This document shows positions 1 to 10,214 of a DNA stretch of 64,000 nt, piece by piece. The notes below the pieces were generated by a model. It saw only the letters and a program-made list of their open reading frames with translations, searched no databases and was not told the origin of the DNA. The DNA is from Alphaproteobacteria bacterium. GTDB lineage: Bacteria > Pseudomonadota > Alphaproteobacteria > Rs-D84. The position numbers and the translations under genes are program-made. The DNA is taken from contig JAVBPX010000003.1 in NCBI GenBank assembly GCA_031549365.1, forward strand, positions 37,602-101,601, given 5' to 3'. Numbering within the stretch: the first letter of the stretch is position 1; every line of letters begins with the position of its first letter.

Positions 1-45
1 AAAAAACAAAAGCAAATTGATGAAATTCCAGAAACTCAGAGATAT

Positions 46-468
46 TTGACCCAGCAAAAGGTTAATTGGACCGTTTACAAATGGTGTCTGGATGAAGTTT
101 CCAAAACGTTAAATGAATATCACAAAGAAAAAAACAAAGACCCGCACGGCGCGTTTGGTTCGGCGTCCGTTGAATTAACTGCGTTAATGATGTATGCGTT
201 CGAAGCACACGAACAATTGATTTCAACAAAAAACGTATTGCTGTCTAAAAGGATTAATTTGGATAACGGAAAAAACAATACAAAAAATCCCGAGTTTGAT
301 AAATCAGTTAAAAAAATTATAAAAAAAGATCGCGAATGCGAAAAAATTGAACGCAGCCTTGCCCGACGCTTGTTAAAGGCAAAATTTATTGATATTTCTG
401 TTGCCGAAGAACAACGAAATAAATTGTGCCGATATATGTATAAAATGGGCTTCTTTAACGAGAGATAA
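46..468 (+). CDS. Hypothetical protein (may be the 3' part of a gene starting before the window)
   Basis: 140-aa ORF followed directly by an intrinsic terminator; reading frame appears open to the window edge. Confidence 0.6.
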   Translation: MTQQKVNWTVYKWCLDEVSKTLNEYHKEKNKDPHGAFGSASVELTALMMYAFEAHEQLISTKNVLLSKRINLDNGKNNTKNPEFDKSVKKIIKKDRECEKIERSLARRLLKAKFIDISVAEEQRNKLCRYMYKMGFFNER

Positions 469-498
469 AAAACATCCCGGATTATTCCGGGATGTTTT
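469..498. terminator. Bidirectional intrinsic terminator
   Basis: AAAACATCCCGGA-ttat-TCCGGGATGTTTT hairpin between convergent ORFs. Confidence 0.8.
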
Positions 499-517
499 AT
501 TGGTGAACACTACACCT

Positions 518-838
518 CTAACCCTTTTTCACATCACGCAATTTTTTATAATATTCGGGTTTTACTGATATTGATGTTGTATAACGATTGATTATGTTGC
601 CATCGTCGCCAACCTCGGCCACGGATATTTGTTTGGCCGTTTTCAAATGATTTCGAACACTTGTTGGCATTTCCGTCAAAACCAATCCTTCGACCATGTT
701 TCTCCGTAACAACGCTGCCCGGCGCCCATCATAAATTAACACGGGTCGTTCAACGGGCGTCATGCGTTCACGCAATACCAAAACCCAGTCGGCATTGCGA
801 CGCACAATCATGTCAAAATATGGTTCAATTGTAATCAT
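518..838 (-). CDS. Hypothetical protein
   Basis: 106-aa ATG ORF, globular composition, converges on the terminator. Confidence 0.7.
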   Translation of the reverse strand: MITIEPYFDMIVRRNADWVLVLRERMTPVERPVLIYDGRRAALLRRNMVEGLVLTEMPTSVRNHLKTAKQISVAEVGDDGNIINRYTTSISVKPEYYKKLRDVKKG

Positions 839-909
839 GTTGATATAATATCATAAAAAAGTCCAAATTTAAATATTTTTGGTATGGAACAAACGTATTC
901 ATTTATGAT

Positions 910-1287
910 ATGATTAAATATATGACAAACGACATTAACGACATTATGAAAACAATCCAATCAAAATTGGAAGATCCAAACCGTGGCGATGTTTTGCGTA
1001 ACGCAACCGCACCTGAAAAAACACCAATCCAATCGATTGTCAAAAACTCAACTGTCGCGCAACAGGCAACTGGGCCTCAGCCACTACGATTGTCACCACA
1101 AAATATTACTTCGGAAATTTATATAATTGCCCCATCTCAAATAAAATTGTTGTCGGCCGCATTATCAAAAACATTGGCAGGATCACTGAATTTACGCGCA
1201 TTAACACCAAAGATTCAACAGGTTTTGGACACCGCATTGATTGATACAATGAAATCTATGAAACGTACAGGATTTAAAAAAAGTTAA
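910..1287 (+). CDS. Hypothetical protein
   Basis: 125-aa ORF filling the gap, abuts a convergent ORF. Confidence 0.6.
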   Translation: MIKYMTNDINDIMKTIQSKLEDPNRGDVLRNATAPEKTPIQSIVKNSTVAQQATGPQPLRLSPQNITSEIYIIAPSQIKLLSAALSKTLAGSLNLRALTPKIQQVLDTALIDTMKSMKRTGFKKS

Positions 1288-1887
1288 TTATTTTCCAACA
1301 ACGTGTCGAATATATCCCGGCACAATGTCATCAGAAACAATATCCGAAGATATTATTTTTGCGCCATTTGGCAATATAAACCTGTTTACATCTAATTCCG
1401 TCGATATCGTATCAAGATTGGGATTAGAGCCCAAGTCAAATTTTAGATTATTAACAGAATTTTTATCCAAACCGTTTGAATACATATGAATTTGAAATAT
1501 TTCGCTACCACTATTTTTCATAATTGTATTAAAATCCAGCGGATCAATTTCTCCATTACACATCGCATATAGAAATGCGTTTGAAACACAAATTTTTGAA
1601 GGATCCAAATATTTCAGAATTTGCCATGCTGGGATTTTTGGATTGCGTAACTGAAACATTGCGAATCCTTTGGGAAAACGAAAGATTACATCCGGGTAAT
1701 AATTGCGAAGCAACATTAATTTTCCAAAATTGAATTGCAATTCGCCCCAAGGCAAAAATTCAGACATATTAAAATCAAAAACTTTATCACCGCGATCAAT
1801 GCTGGGCAAATAGCCAAAATCCAATAATTTTGTAATATTAATTGGCGCTTTCTGAGAAATTTGTTTTGTATGATGAAAGTATTTCAA
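1288..1887 (-). CDS. Hypothetical protein
   Basis: 199-aa ORF downstream of rnpB; start uncertain. Confidence 0.6.
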   Translation of the reverse strand: MKYFHHTKQISQKAPINITKLLDFGYLPSIDRGDKVFDFNMSEFLPWGELQFNFGKLMLLRNYYPDVIFRFPKGFAMFQLRNPKIPAWQILKYLDPSKICVSNAFLYAMCNGEIDPLDFNTIMKNSGSEIFQIHMYSNGLDKNSVNNLKFDLGSNPNLDTISTELDVNRFILPNGAKIISSDIVSDDIVPGYIRHVVGK

Positions 1888-1955
1888 GTTATTTATCCAG
1901 GTTATGTGCGGGCCGGATAATGTACCAAAATAATTTAAATGTCAAGAAAATAAGA

Positions 1956-2242
1956 GAGGGATCAATAAGCCGGATTCTGTCATGGACGATGATTCATCTG
2001 CGCAATAATGTTACCATTATACGTCAAGCTGCCTACCCGGTGGCATTGGGGAACACAATATTACCACCCTATTTGGCATTGCTGCGGACAGAGTTTACCG
2101 CGTTTCACTCCGCACTTAAACGGCTCGTCTCTGTGGCACTGGTCCTGGGGTTGCCCCCGGTGGGCGTTACCCACTGTCCTGTTCCCAGCAGTCCGGACTT
2201 TCCTCGGACATGTTTCCATGTCCGCCATCGTCTTGACCCCTC
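1956..2242 (-). ncRNA. rnpB: RNase P RNA (compact type-A-like)
   Basis: Minus strand has GAGGAAAGTCCGG near the 5' end and ACAGAATCCGGCTTA near the 3' end (P4 pseudoknot), AGTGCCACAGA and GGTAAAC conserved blocks, and P1 GAGGGGTCAA/TTGATCCCTC. Confidence 0.95.
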
Positions 2243-2371
2243 GGGCACCAATATACGTTTTTTTCAGAGAATTGCAAGATATTTATAAAAAGTTCAACCA
2301 TTCAGTATTGACATTGATGGCCACTTCGGCTATATATAGAGGGTTATCACAATTTACGGAAAGGAAGTATA

Positions 2372-5005
2372 ATGTTGTGGATTAAAATGTTGGGCAAAAT
2401 CATTGGATCGGCCAATGATCGTGAAATTAAAACTTATTCAAAAACTGTTTCATTAATTAACGATTTGGAACCAAAATATCATGCTATGCAGGATGATGAA
2501 TTACGTCATCAAACTGAAATATTTCGCGAACGTTTGAAAAATGGTGAAACCGAAATGGATATTTTACCGGATGCTTTTGCCGCTGTGCGCGAGGCGTCAA
2601 TCAGATCATTGGGAATGCGTCATTTTGATGTACAATTAATCGGTGGTATGGTTTTGGTTGATGGCAAAATTGCTGAAATGAAAACCGGCGAAGGAAAAAC
2701 ATTAGTTGCAACATTGGCGATGTATTTAAAGGCTTTGTCTGGCCAAGGCACACACCTGGTTACCGTAAATGATTATTTGGCGGCACGCGATGCCGAATGG
2801 ATGGGTAAATTATACAAATTTATGGGATTGAGTGTCGGGATTATTCAACATGACATGAACGATGATGAACGCCGCAATGCGTATGCGTGCGATATTACGT
2901 ATGTTACAAATTCAGAATTGGGATTTGATTATTTGCGTGATAATATGAAATTTTCAGTTGAACAACAAGTTTTGCGTCCTATGCACTTTGCAATCGTTGA
3001 CGAAGTCGATTCTATTTTAATTGACGAAGCGCGCACACCATTAATTATTTCAGGCCCGGCCGAGGATTCATCAGGACTATATATGTCAATTGATAATGTT
3101 GTTAAACAATTAAAGCCTGAACATTACAAAAAGGACGAAAAAGACCGCCATGTTACATTAACCGAAGAAGGCGTCGATTTCATTCAACAGATTTTAATCA
3201 ACGAAAAATTAATCGAAGGAAACAATCTGTATGATTCTATCAATTCGTCCGTTGTTAATCATATTCAGCAATCATTATTGGCGCATTTAATGTATCAAAA
3301 AGATGTTAATTATGTTGTGCGTTCGGGCCAAGTTATGATTGTTGATGAATTCACAGGTCGCGTACTAGAAGGTCGCCGCTTTTCCCGCGGATTGCACCAA
3401 GCGCTGGAAGCCAAAGAACACGTTGAAATTCAGCCAGAAAATCAAACGATGTCATCCATTTCATACCAAAATTTATTCCGAATTTATCCAAAATTATCAG
3501 GAATGACTGGTACCGCCATGACCGAGGCGACAGAATTCGAAGAAATTTATAAATTACAAACTGTATCAATCCCAACAAATCGCCCGGTTTCGCGAATCGA
3601 TCATCATGACGAAATTTATCGCACTCGCGATGAAAAATATGATGCAATTTTAAATGTGATTTCCGATTGTCAAAAACGCGGTCAGCCTGTTTTGGTTGGA
3701 ACAATCACGATTGAAAAATCCGAAGAATTGGCACAATTGATTGAAAAAAAATTAAAATTAAAGCCCGCTGTTTTGAACGCAAAACAGCACGAACGCGAGG
3801 GTCGAATCATCGCCCAAGCCGGTCAACCCGGCGCTTTGACAATTGCGACCAACATGGCTGGCCGCGGAACCGATATTAAATTGGGTGGAAGCGCCGAAGA
3901 TTTAATCGCAGATTTGGACGCGTCAGACAAAGATTTCGAAAAGAAAAAAGCCGCAATTTATGATCGCGTCGAAGCCGATAAAATTCGCGTTTTGGATGCC
4001 GGCGGACTATATGTAATTGGAACCGAACGTCATGAATCGCGCAGAATTGATAATCAGTTACGCGGTCGTTCAGGACGCCAAGGGGATCCAGGAAATTCCA
4101 AATTTTTCCTGTCATTACAGGATGATTTAATGCGAATTTTTGGCGCTTCTCGATTGGATTCAATGTTGGTTACATTGGGATTAAAACCGGGAGAGGCCAT
4201 TATTCATCCCTGGATTTCCAAGGCTTTGGCCAAAGCACAAAAACGTGTCGAAGAAAGACATTTCGAAGCCCGCAAAGAATTATTAAAATATGACAATGTT
4301 ATGAATGAACAACGCTTGGTTGTTTACAAACAACGTCATGAATTAATGACGAATACAGATTTACATGATTTCATAATTGACATTACAACAGATGTTGTTG
4401 AACAAATTGCAGAAACAAATATTCCTGAAAAATCAACAACCGAAGATTGGAATATCGATCGTATGCGCGAACAAATGTTGATGACTTTTGGTTTGAATAT
4501 CACAGACATGGACAAATGGCGTAACGACCCCGAAATCACAGATGTCAAAGCATTCCAAGCATTGCATGGATTGGCTCGCGATCGATATGATGCCCAACGC
4601 AAACGTTATGGAAATGAATTAATGCACCAAGCAGAACGTCAGGTTACATTACATGCATTGGATACATGCTGGAAAAAACATTTGCAGAATATGGATCATT
4701 TACAGGCTGGGATTGGGCTCCGCGGGTACGGGCAAAAAAATCCATTGAATGAATACAAAAAAGAAGCTTTTGAATTATTTGCTGAAATGATGTACCATTT
4801 CAAAGTAATGGCGTTGACTTATATTTGTCGTTTGGAATTGTCCCGCGATGATTTGGATGCAATGAAACGCGACCAAGAACAACATGACGAAAATTTGAAC
4901 GAAGCCGATGTGGCCGAAAACCAGGGCACAAAAGTTTCCAGAAACGACCAATGTCCATGTGGATCTGGGAAAAAGTATAAACATTGCTGTGGCAAATTGG
5001 TATAA
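2372..5005 (+). CDS. secA: Preprotein translocase subunit SecA
   Basis: MKTGEGKT, DEVDSILIDEARTPLIISG, QLRGRSGRQGDPG, C-terminal CPCGSGKKYKHCCG. Confidence 0.99.
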   Translation: MLWIKMLGKIIGSANDREIKTYSKTVSLINDLEPKYHAMQDDELRHQTEIFRERLKNGETEMDILPDAFAAVREASIRSLGMRHFDVQLIGGMVLVDGKIAEMKTGEGKTLVATLAMYLKALSGQGTHLVTVNDYLAARDAEWMGKLYKFMGLSVGIIQHDMNDDERRNAYACDITYVTNSELGFDYLRDNMKFSVEQQVLRPMHFAIVDEVDSILIDEARTPLIISGPAEDSSGLYMSIDNVVKQLKPEHYKKDEKDRHVTLTEEGVDFIQQILINEKLIEGNNLYDSINSSVVNHIQQSLLAHLMYQKDVNYVVRSGQVMIVDEFTGRVLEGRRFSRGLHQALEAKEHVEIQPENQTMSSISYQNLFRIYPKLSGMTGTAMTEATEFEEIYKLQTVSIPTNRPVSRIDHHDEIYRTRDEKYDAILNVISDCQKRGQPVLVGTITIEKSEELAQLIEKKLKLKPAVLNAKQHEREGRIIAQAGQPGALTIATNMAGRGTDIKLGGSAEDLIADLDASDKDFEKKKAAIYDRVEADKIRVLDAGGLYVIGTERHESRRIDNQLRGRSGRQGDPGNSKFFLSLQDDLMRIFGASRLDSMLVTLGLKPGEAIIHPWISKALAKAQKRVEERHFEARKELLKYDNVMNEQRLVVYKQRHELMTNTDLHDFIIDITTDVVEQIAETNIPEKSTTEDWNIDRMREQMLMTFGLNITDMDKWRNDPEITDVKAFQALHGLARDRYDAQRKRYGNELMHQAERQVTLHALDTCWKKHLQNMDHLQAGIGLRGYGQKNPLNEYKKEAFELFAEMMYHFKVMALTYICRLELSRDDLDAMKRDQEQHDENLNEADVAENQGTKVSRNDQCPCGSGKKYKHCCGKLV

Positions 5006-5019
5006 AGGGGGAAATTTAA

Positions 5020-8000
5020 ATGGATGCGCGTTTTGTACATTTGCGATTACATTCCGCGTATTCGTTATCCGAAGGTGCTATTTTTGTAAAAAAAATTCCG
5101 GATTTATGCCAAAAAATGGGCATGCCCGCGATTGCAATTACAGATACAAATGCTTTGTTTGGCGCCCCCCTATTTTCAGTTGAATGTAAAAAAAATAAAA
5201 TTCAGCCAATTATTGGTATTACTATTTCTTTTAATCAACACGATGTGTCAGTTACAAATAATTTGCGGCAAAATCAATTGTCCAAAATTGTTTTGCTAAC
5301 CATGAACGAAGATGGATTTCAAAATTTATCCAAATTAATCACTGACGCGTATTTGAGAATCGACAATTTGCATTTGGGCCCATATATTACATTTGATGAA
5401 TTGGCGACGAATAATTCTGGGTTAATTTGTTTATCCGGCGGCGTTAACGGACCAATTGGAATGGCTTTATTAAATAACCAACCCGATTTGGCACGCGATT
5501 TTTCAAAACGTTTTGCTGATATGTTTTCAGACCGTTTTTATATGGAAATTCAACGACATGCAACCGATGATGAAATTAAAACCGAATCAGATTTTTTGGA
5601 TTTGGCGTATGATTTAAATATTCCTGTGGTTGCTACGAACGATGTATATTTCCCAAATGTGGACGCTTTCGAAGCGCATGACGCGCTGTTATGCATTGCG
5701 GCCGGGACCAAGGTAATTGACCCGGATCGTCGTCGCGAAACACCCGAACATTATTTTAAATCCGTGGATGAAATGTGTGAATTGTTTTCGGATTTACCCG
5801 AAGCAATTAATAACACCGTAAACATCGCCAAACGTTGTACATACGTTGTTCCAAATCGCCCACCATTATTACCAAAATTTGCAGAATCGTTCGATCGCGA
5901 AATTGAAATTTTACGTGAAAAAACAATGACTGGATTGATCGGCCGATTGAACGCTGAAAAAATTCCACAAGATGAACGCCAACAATATTTTGATCAGGCT
6001 GAATTTGAATTATCAGTTATTATTCGAATGAAGTTTCCAGGGTATTTTTTAATTGTTGCCGACTTTATACAATGGTCCAAAGACAATGATATTTTGGTCG
6101 GTCCTGGTCGTGGTTCGGGCGCTGGTTCAGTTGTCGCGTGGTCATTAAATATTACAAATGTTAACCCTTTGCGATATGGATTGTTGTTCGAAAGATTTTT
6201 AAATCCAGATCGTATTTCCATGCCCGACTTTGATATTGATTTCGATCCAGATGGCCGCGATCGCGTGGTTGATTATGTACAAAAAAAATACGGCACGGAT
6301 CGGGTTTCGCAAATTATAACTTTTGGTTCATTATTGTCGCGCGGAACGATACGTGATGTTGGTCGCGTGTTTGGAATGCCTTATGGTAAAATGGACAGGC
6401 TGGCCAAATTAATTCCGTCTGGCCCTGGCGCGCCCGGATTACGCGACGCAATTGATCAATCAATTGATATCCAAGAGATGTTGGACGCGGATTCCGATTT
6501 GAAAAAAGTTGCCGAAATTTCCACACAATTGGAGGGGTTATTCCGCCATGCCGGCGTTCACGCGGCGGGTGTTATTATTGGCGATCGGCCATTGGTTGAA
6601 TTGGCCCCACTGTACAAGGATCCATCAAACGAATTACCTGCAACCCAATACGATTTAAAATTCGTCGAAGACGTTGGTTTAATCAAGTTCGACTTTTTGG
6701 GATTGAAAACTTTGTCCGTTATAAAAAAGGCTTGTTCTCTGATTGCGGAATCACGCGGAATAAAAATTGATATTGATAAAATTCCATTGGACGATTCAGA
6801 AACATTTAAATTATTAAAATTTGGCAAAACTGTTGGTGTGTTCCAATTGGAAAGTTCCGGCATGCGTCAGGTTTTGGCACAAATGCAGCCAACATTATTC
6901 GAAGAAATCGTTGCCGTTGTTGCGTTGTATCGCCCGGGGCCTATGGCCAGCATTCCGGATTATATTGAGCGCAAACACGGTCGGTCCAAAGTTGAATATG
7001 TTCATCCGTTGGCCGAACCGGCCCTGAAAGAAACATATGGCGTTATTGTGTATCAAGAACAAGTCATGGAAATATCCAAACGCTTGGCTGGATTTACCCC
7101 TGGTATGGCGGATACATTGCGCAAAGCAATGGGTAAAAAAATCAAGGCCGTTATGGACGATTTACGTGTCAAATTTGTCGAAGGTTGTCAAACAAATTCA
7201 GGCATGACCGAAACTGATTCGAACCATTTATATGATGTGTTTGTAAAATTTGCCGAATATGCTTTTAATAAATCCCATTCTGTATGCTATGCCGTTATTT
7301 CAATGCAGACAGCGTATTTAAAGGCAAATTTTCCAGCCGAATTTTTTGCAGCTTCGATGAGTTACGATTTGGCAGATTCCGACAAACTGGCATTATTTAT
7401 TGATGATGCAACATCAAATTTTCGTTTGGAAATCGTTGCCCCAGATATTAATAAATCCGGTGCCAGATTTCGTGTTCGCGATAATAAAATTTTGTATGCG
7501 TTGGCCGCAATCAAGGGTATCGGAGTATCTGCTGTAATCCCAATTGTTCGTGAACGCGACGAAAACGGATCATTTAAAAACATAACCGATTTTGCGACAC
7601 GTTGTTCCGGGATGTTAAACAAACGCGTATTGGAAGCATTAATCAAAGCCGGCGCAATGGATTCATTATGCCGCGACCGCGCATTACTGTACCAAAATAT
7701 GGATGCTATTATTGGATTTGCAGATAAAAATAAATCCAAATGCGGAAAACAAATTTCATTATTTGAAATGACAGATGCAGATGATGTTGGCGACGACAGA
7801 TTAATGTTAAATTTACCACGCACAACACCGTGGACTTTTGGCGAACGCTTGAAACATGAACACAGCGTTTTGGGATTTTATATTTCCGCGCATCCGCTGG
7901 ATCAGTATCGTGAATTAATGGATCGCGATGGATTGGCATGTTCAACCATGTTAAAACAAAAGGCTGACGGGTCAATAGTTCGAATCGCAATGTGCGTTGA

Positions 8001-8445
8001 TAATGTGAACAAACGCACCACGCGCGCAGGCAAACCAATGGTTATAGTTACAGGATCCGATCATGTTGGATCGATTGATGCGGTTGCGTTTGGATTTTCA
8101 GTTGATACTGTTTATAAAACCGCAACATCTGAATCTGCAATTGTTTTAACGGCCAAAGTTTCACAACGCGACGATTCAACATCATTAATGGTCAATGCGA
8201 TCCAACCATTATCCGAATGGGTTGCGTCTTCTGCACATAAAATTGTTTTGGATGTTCATAATCAAAATGCTTTGGCTGATTTAAAAATGGTATTGGATAA
8301 TTTGCCATCTGGCCTCACAAAAATTCACATGAATTTATATTCAAATGGCAAAGTTACATCGATTATATTGCCGCGCTCGGTCCAATTGGATGGCGCATCG
8401 ATTTTAAAATTAAACGAATTGGTTACCCGGGTTTCTATAACTTGA
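5020..8445 (+). CDS. dnaE: DNA polymerase III alpha subunit
   Basis: HLRLHSAYS PHP motif, GPGRGSGAGS, ERFLNPDRISMPDFDIDF, YAFNKSHS. Confidence 0.99.
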   Translation: MDARFVHLRLHSAYSLSEGAIFVKKIPDLCQKMGMPAIAITDTNALFGAPLFSVECKKNKIQPIIGITISFNQHDVSVTNNLRQNQLSKIVLLTMNEDGFQNLSKLITDAYLRIDNLHLGPYITFDELATNNSGLICLSGGVNGPIGMALLNNQPDLARDFSKRFADMFSDRFYMEIQRHATDDEIKTESDFLDLAYDLNIPVVATNDVYFPNVDAFEAHDALLCIAAGTKVIDPDRRRETPEHYFKSVDEMCELFSDLPEAINNTVNIAKRCTYVVPNRPPLLPKFAESFDREIEILREKTMTGLIGRLNAEKIPQDERQQYFDQAEFELSVIIRMKFPGYFLIVADFIQWSKDNDILVGPGRGSGAGSVVAWSLNITNVNPLRYGLLFERFLNPDRISMPDFDIDFDPDGRDRVVDYVQKKYGTDRVSQIITFGSLLSRGTIRDVGRVFGMPYGKMDRLAKLIPSGPGAPGLRDAIDQSIDIQEMLDADSDLKKVAEISTQLEGLFRHAGVHAAGVIIGDRPLVELAPLYKDPSNELPATQYDLKFVEDVGLIKFDFLGLKTLSVIKKACSLIAESRGIKIDIDKIPLDDSETFKLLKFGKTVGVFQLESSGMRQVLAQMQPTLFEEIVAVVALYRPGPMASIPDYIERKHGRSKVEYVHPLAEPALKETYGVIVYQEQVMEISKRLAGFTPGMADTLRKAMGKKIKAVMDDLRVKFVEGCQTNSGMTETDSNHLYDVFVKFAEYAFNKSHSVCYAVISMQTAYLKANFPAEFFAASMSYDLADSDKLALFIDDATSNFRLEIVAPDINKSGARFRVRDNKILYALAAIKGIGVSAVIPIVRERDENGSFKNITDFATRCSGMLNKRVLEALIKAGAMDSLCRDRALLYQNMDAIIGFADKNKSKCGKQISLFEMTDADDVGDDRLMLNLPRTTPWTFGERLKHEHSVLGFYISAHPLDQYRELMDRDGLACSTMLKQKADGSIVRIAMCVDNVNKRTTRAGKPMVIVTGSDHVGSIDAVAFGFSVDTVYKTATSESAIVLTAKVSQRDDSTSLMVNAIQPLSEWVASSAHKIVLDVHNQNALADLKMVLDNLPSGLTKIHMNLYSNGKVTSIILPRSVQLDGASILKLNELVTRVSIT

Positions 8446-8464
8446 ACCGCCCGCGCCGAATTTA

Positions 8465-8492
8465 AAAAATCCCGGAATATCCCGGGATTTTT
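8465..8492. terminator. Bidirectional intrinsic terminator
   Basis: AAAAATCCCGG-aatatc-CCGGGATTTTT between convergent dnaE and rpoZ. Confidence 0.8.
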
Positions 8493-8511
8493 ATTAAATA
8501 TTTGAAATATT

Positions 8512-8892
8512 TTATTCTGCTTCGGGCGCTGGCGCAACTTCGGCTTCGTCGTTAACAATTTCAGCCTCGATAATTTCTGGGGCAACATTGTCCGCCAATT
8601 CAGCATCAATTTCTTTTAATAATGGATCTTCTACTTCGGTTTCTTCGATTGCATTGAAATCGATTTTTCCCAATGATTTATAGCTTTGAATTAATTCGTC
8701 GCGCAATGCATTTGCATCCAATTTCCCAGATGCAATTTCACGCAATGCTATAACGATTCTTTTATCGTCACGGGTTGGAACAACCGGTTCGGTCCCAGCA
8801 GTTAAATCGCGGACACGTTGTCCCGCCAATAAATTTAATTCGTATTTGTCATCAACATATTTCATACAATCGGATATAGTTGTGCGTGCCAT
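8512..8892 (-). CDS. rpoZ: RNA polymerase omega subunit
   Basis: MARTTISDC...KYELNLLAGQRVRDL...DDKRIVIALREIA with acidic tail; start moved to ATG 8892 behind an AAGGA RBS. Confidence 0.93.
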   Translation of the reverse strand: MARTTISDCMKYVDDKYELNLLAGQRVRDLTAGTEPVVPTRDDKRIVIALREIASGKLDANALRDELIQSYKSLGKIDFNAIEETEVEDPLLKEIDAELADNVAPEIIEAEIVNDEAEVAPAPEAE

Positions 8893-8957
8893 GGTTTTAT
8901 TCCTTTCAGTCTTGCAAAATGATTTTGTCGTGTTATGATGCGGTAAAGGATTTGAAA

Positions 8958-10214
8958 ATGCAAGAAAAAAATGTAAAAATGGCGGTTTTTGGCTGTCGAT
9001 TGAACAGTTTCGAAGCTGAAAAAATACGAACAATTGTATCAAATGCGAATTTTGATGATGTGATTGTATTTAATACTTGCGCCGTCACGGCCGAGGCTGA
9101 ACGCCAGGCTCGCCAATCCGTGCGCCGAGCATATCGCGAAAATCCGAACCGAAAAATCATTGTTGTTGGGTGCGCAGCATCGGCCAATGCCGAATTATTT
9201 GCAAATTTACCCGGTGTAATCAAGGTCATAGGGAATCGTGATAAATTTGATATAAATGCATATACCTGTTCCAATGTTATCGTTAATAATCCGATGGCTT
9301 TTGATGAATCTGCGCCAATGCATTTGGATACAATGGTTGAACATTTTGAAAAATTAACCCGCGGTTTCGTCCAAATTCAACAAGGATGCGATCATGCATG
9401 CACGTTTTGTCTGGTGCGAAAGTTACGTGGGGCAAATAAATCATTCCCATATGAACATATTAGGGCCCAGGCTGAAATTCTGGTCAATCACGGATATCAT
9501 GAAATTGTTTTAACTGGTGTGGATATTGCAGGATACCGCGATAATGATGGAGGATTGATATCGTTGGTTAAAAAATTACTAAACGATATTAATGGAATTA
9601 AACGCATTCGTTTATCATCATTGGATCCCGCATTGGATTGGCGCGAATTGGTTGATTTAATGAATAATGATGATCGTGTTATGCCACACATTCATTTGTC
9701 AATGCAATCTGGGGCTGATCCAATTTTACGGATGATGGGACGCCGCCATTTGGTCGAACACGTTCGAAAATTGGTAAACTATGCAAATTCGGGTGCACGC
9801 GAAATAACATTTGGATGGGATATGATTACTGGATTTCCGGGTGAATCGAACGAATTATTTTTGGATACACAAAATTTGGTTCGCGAATTAAAACCAACGC
9901 ATTTACATTTGTTTCCATATTCCCCCCGCCCTGGGACCCCGGCCGCGTCCATGACGAACGCCATTCCGAAACACGTGGCGCGGGAACGCGTTGCCGCATT
10001 GAACGAAATTGGACAACGCAATTTATTAAACCATATGATGAAACAAGTTGGAAAAACAGTTGAAATTTTGGTAGAAGACAATGGCGTTGGATACACCCCA
10101 AATTATGTCCCTGTGAAATTAAACAATCGCCCAACCCCATTTTCAATATTAAATGCTGAATTGACGGATATTGATCATGAAAATATACGGTTCATTGGAA
10201 ATGCCAAAGATTGA
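8958..10214 (+). CDS. mtaB: tRNA methylthiotransferase (MtaB/MiaB family radical SAM)
   Basis: FGCRLNSFE, NTCAVTAEAER, QQGCDHACTFC (CxxxCxxC), HLFPYSPRPGT; ATG 8958 behind AAGGA. Confidence 0.9.
   Translation: MQEKNVKMAVFGCRLNSFEAEKIRTIVSNANFDDVIVFNTCAVTAEAERQARQSVRRAYRENPNRKIIVVGCAASANAELFANLPGVIKVIGNRDKFDINAYTCSNVIVNNPMAFDESAPMHLDTMVEHFEKLTRGFVQIQQGCDHACTFCLVRKLRGANKSFPYEHIRAQAEILVNHGYHEIVLTGVDIAGYRDNDGGLISLVKKLLNDINGIKRIRLSSLDPALDWRELVDLMNNDDRVMPHIHLSMQSGADPILRMMGRRHLVEHVRKLVNYANSGAREITFGWDMITGFPGESNELFLDTQNLVRELKPTHLHLFPYSPRPGTPAASMTNAIPKHVARERVAALNEIGQRNLLNHMMKQVGKTVEILVEDNGVGYTPNYVPVKLNNRPTPFSILNAELTDIDHENIRFIGNAKD

Noticed and set aside
1842-2385. 148-aa and 125-aa plus-strand ORFs
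   Set aside because: Antisense to the RNase P RNA gene.
5020-8445. Inteins in dnaE (or dnaB)
   Set aside because: Lengths are normal and motifs contiguous; no C/S...HN splice junctions.
8880-9042. Overlap of the rpoZ and mtaB 5' ends in the ORF track
   Set aside because: Artefact of over-extended starts; RBS-supported starts at 8892 and 8958 give ordinary divergent genes.
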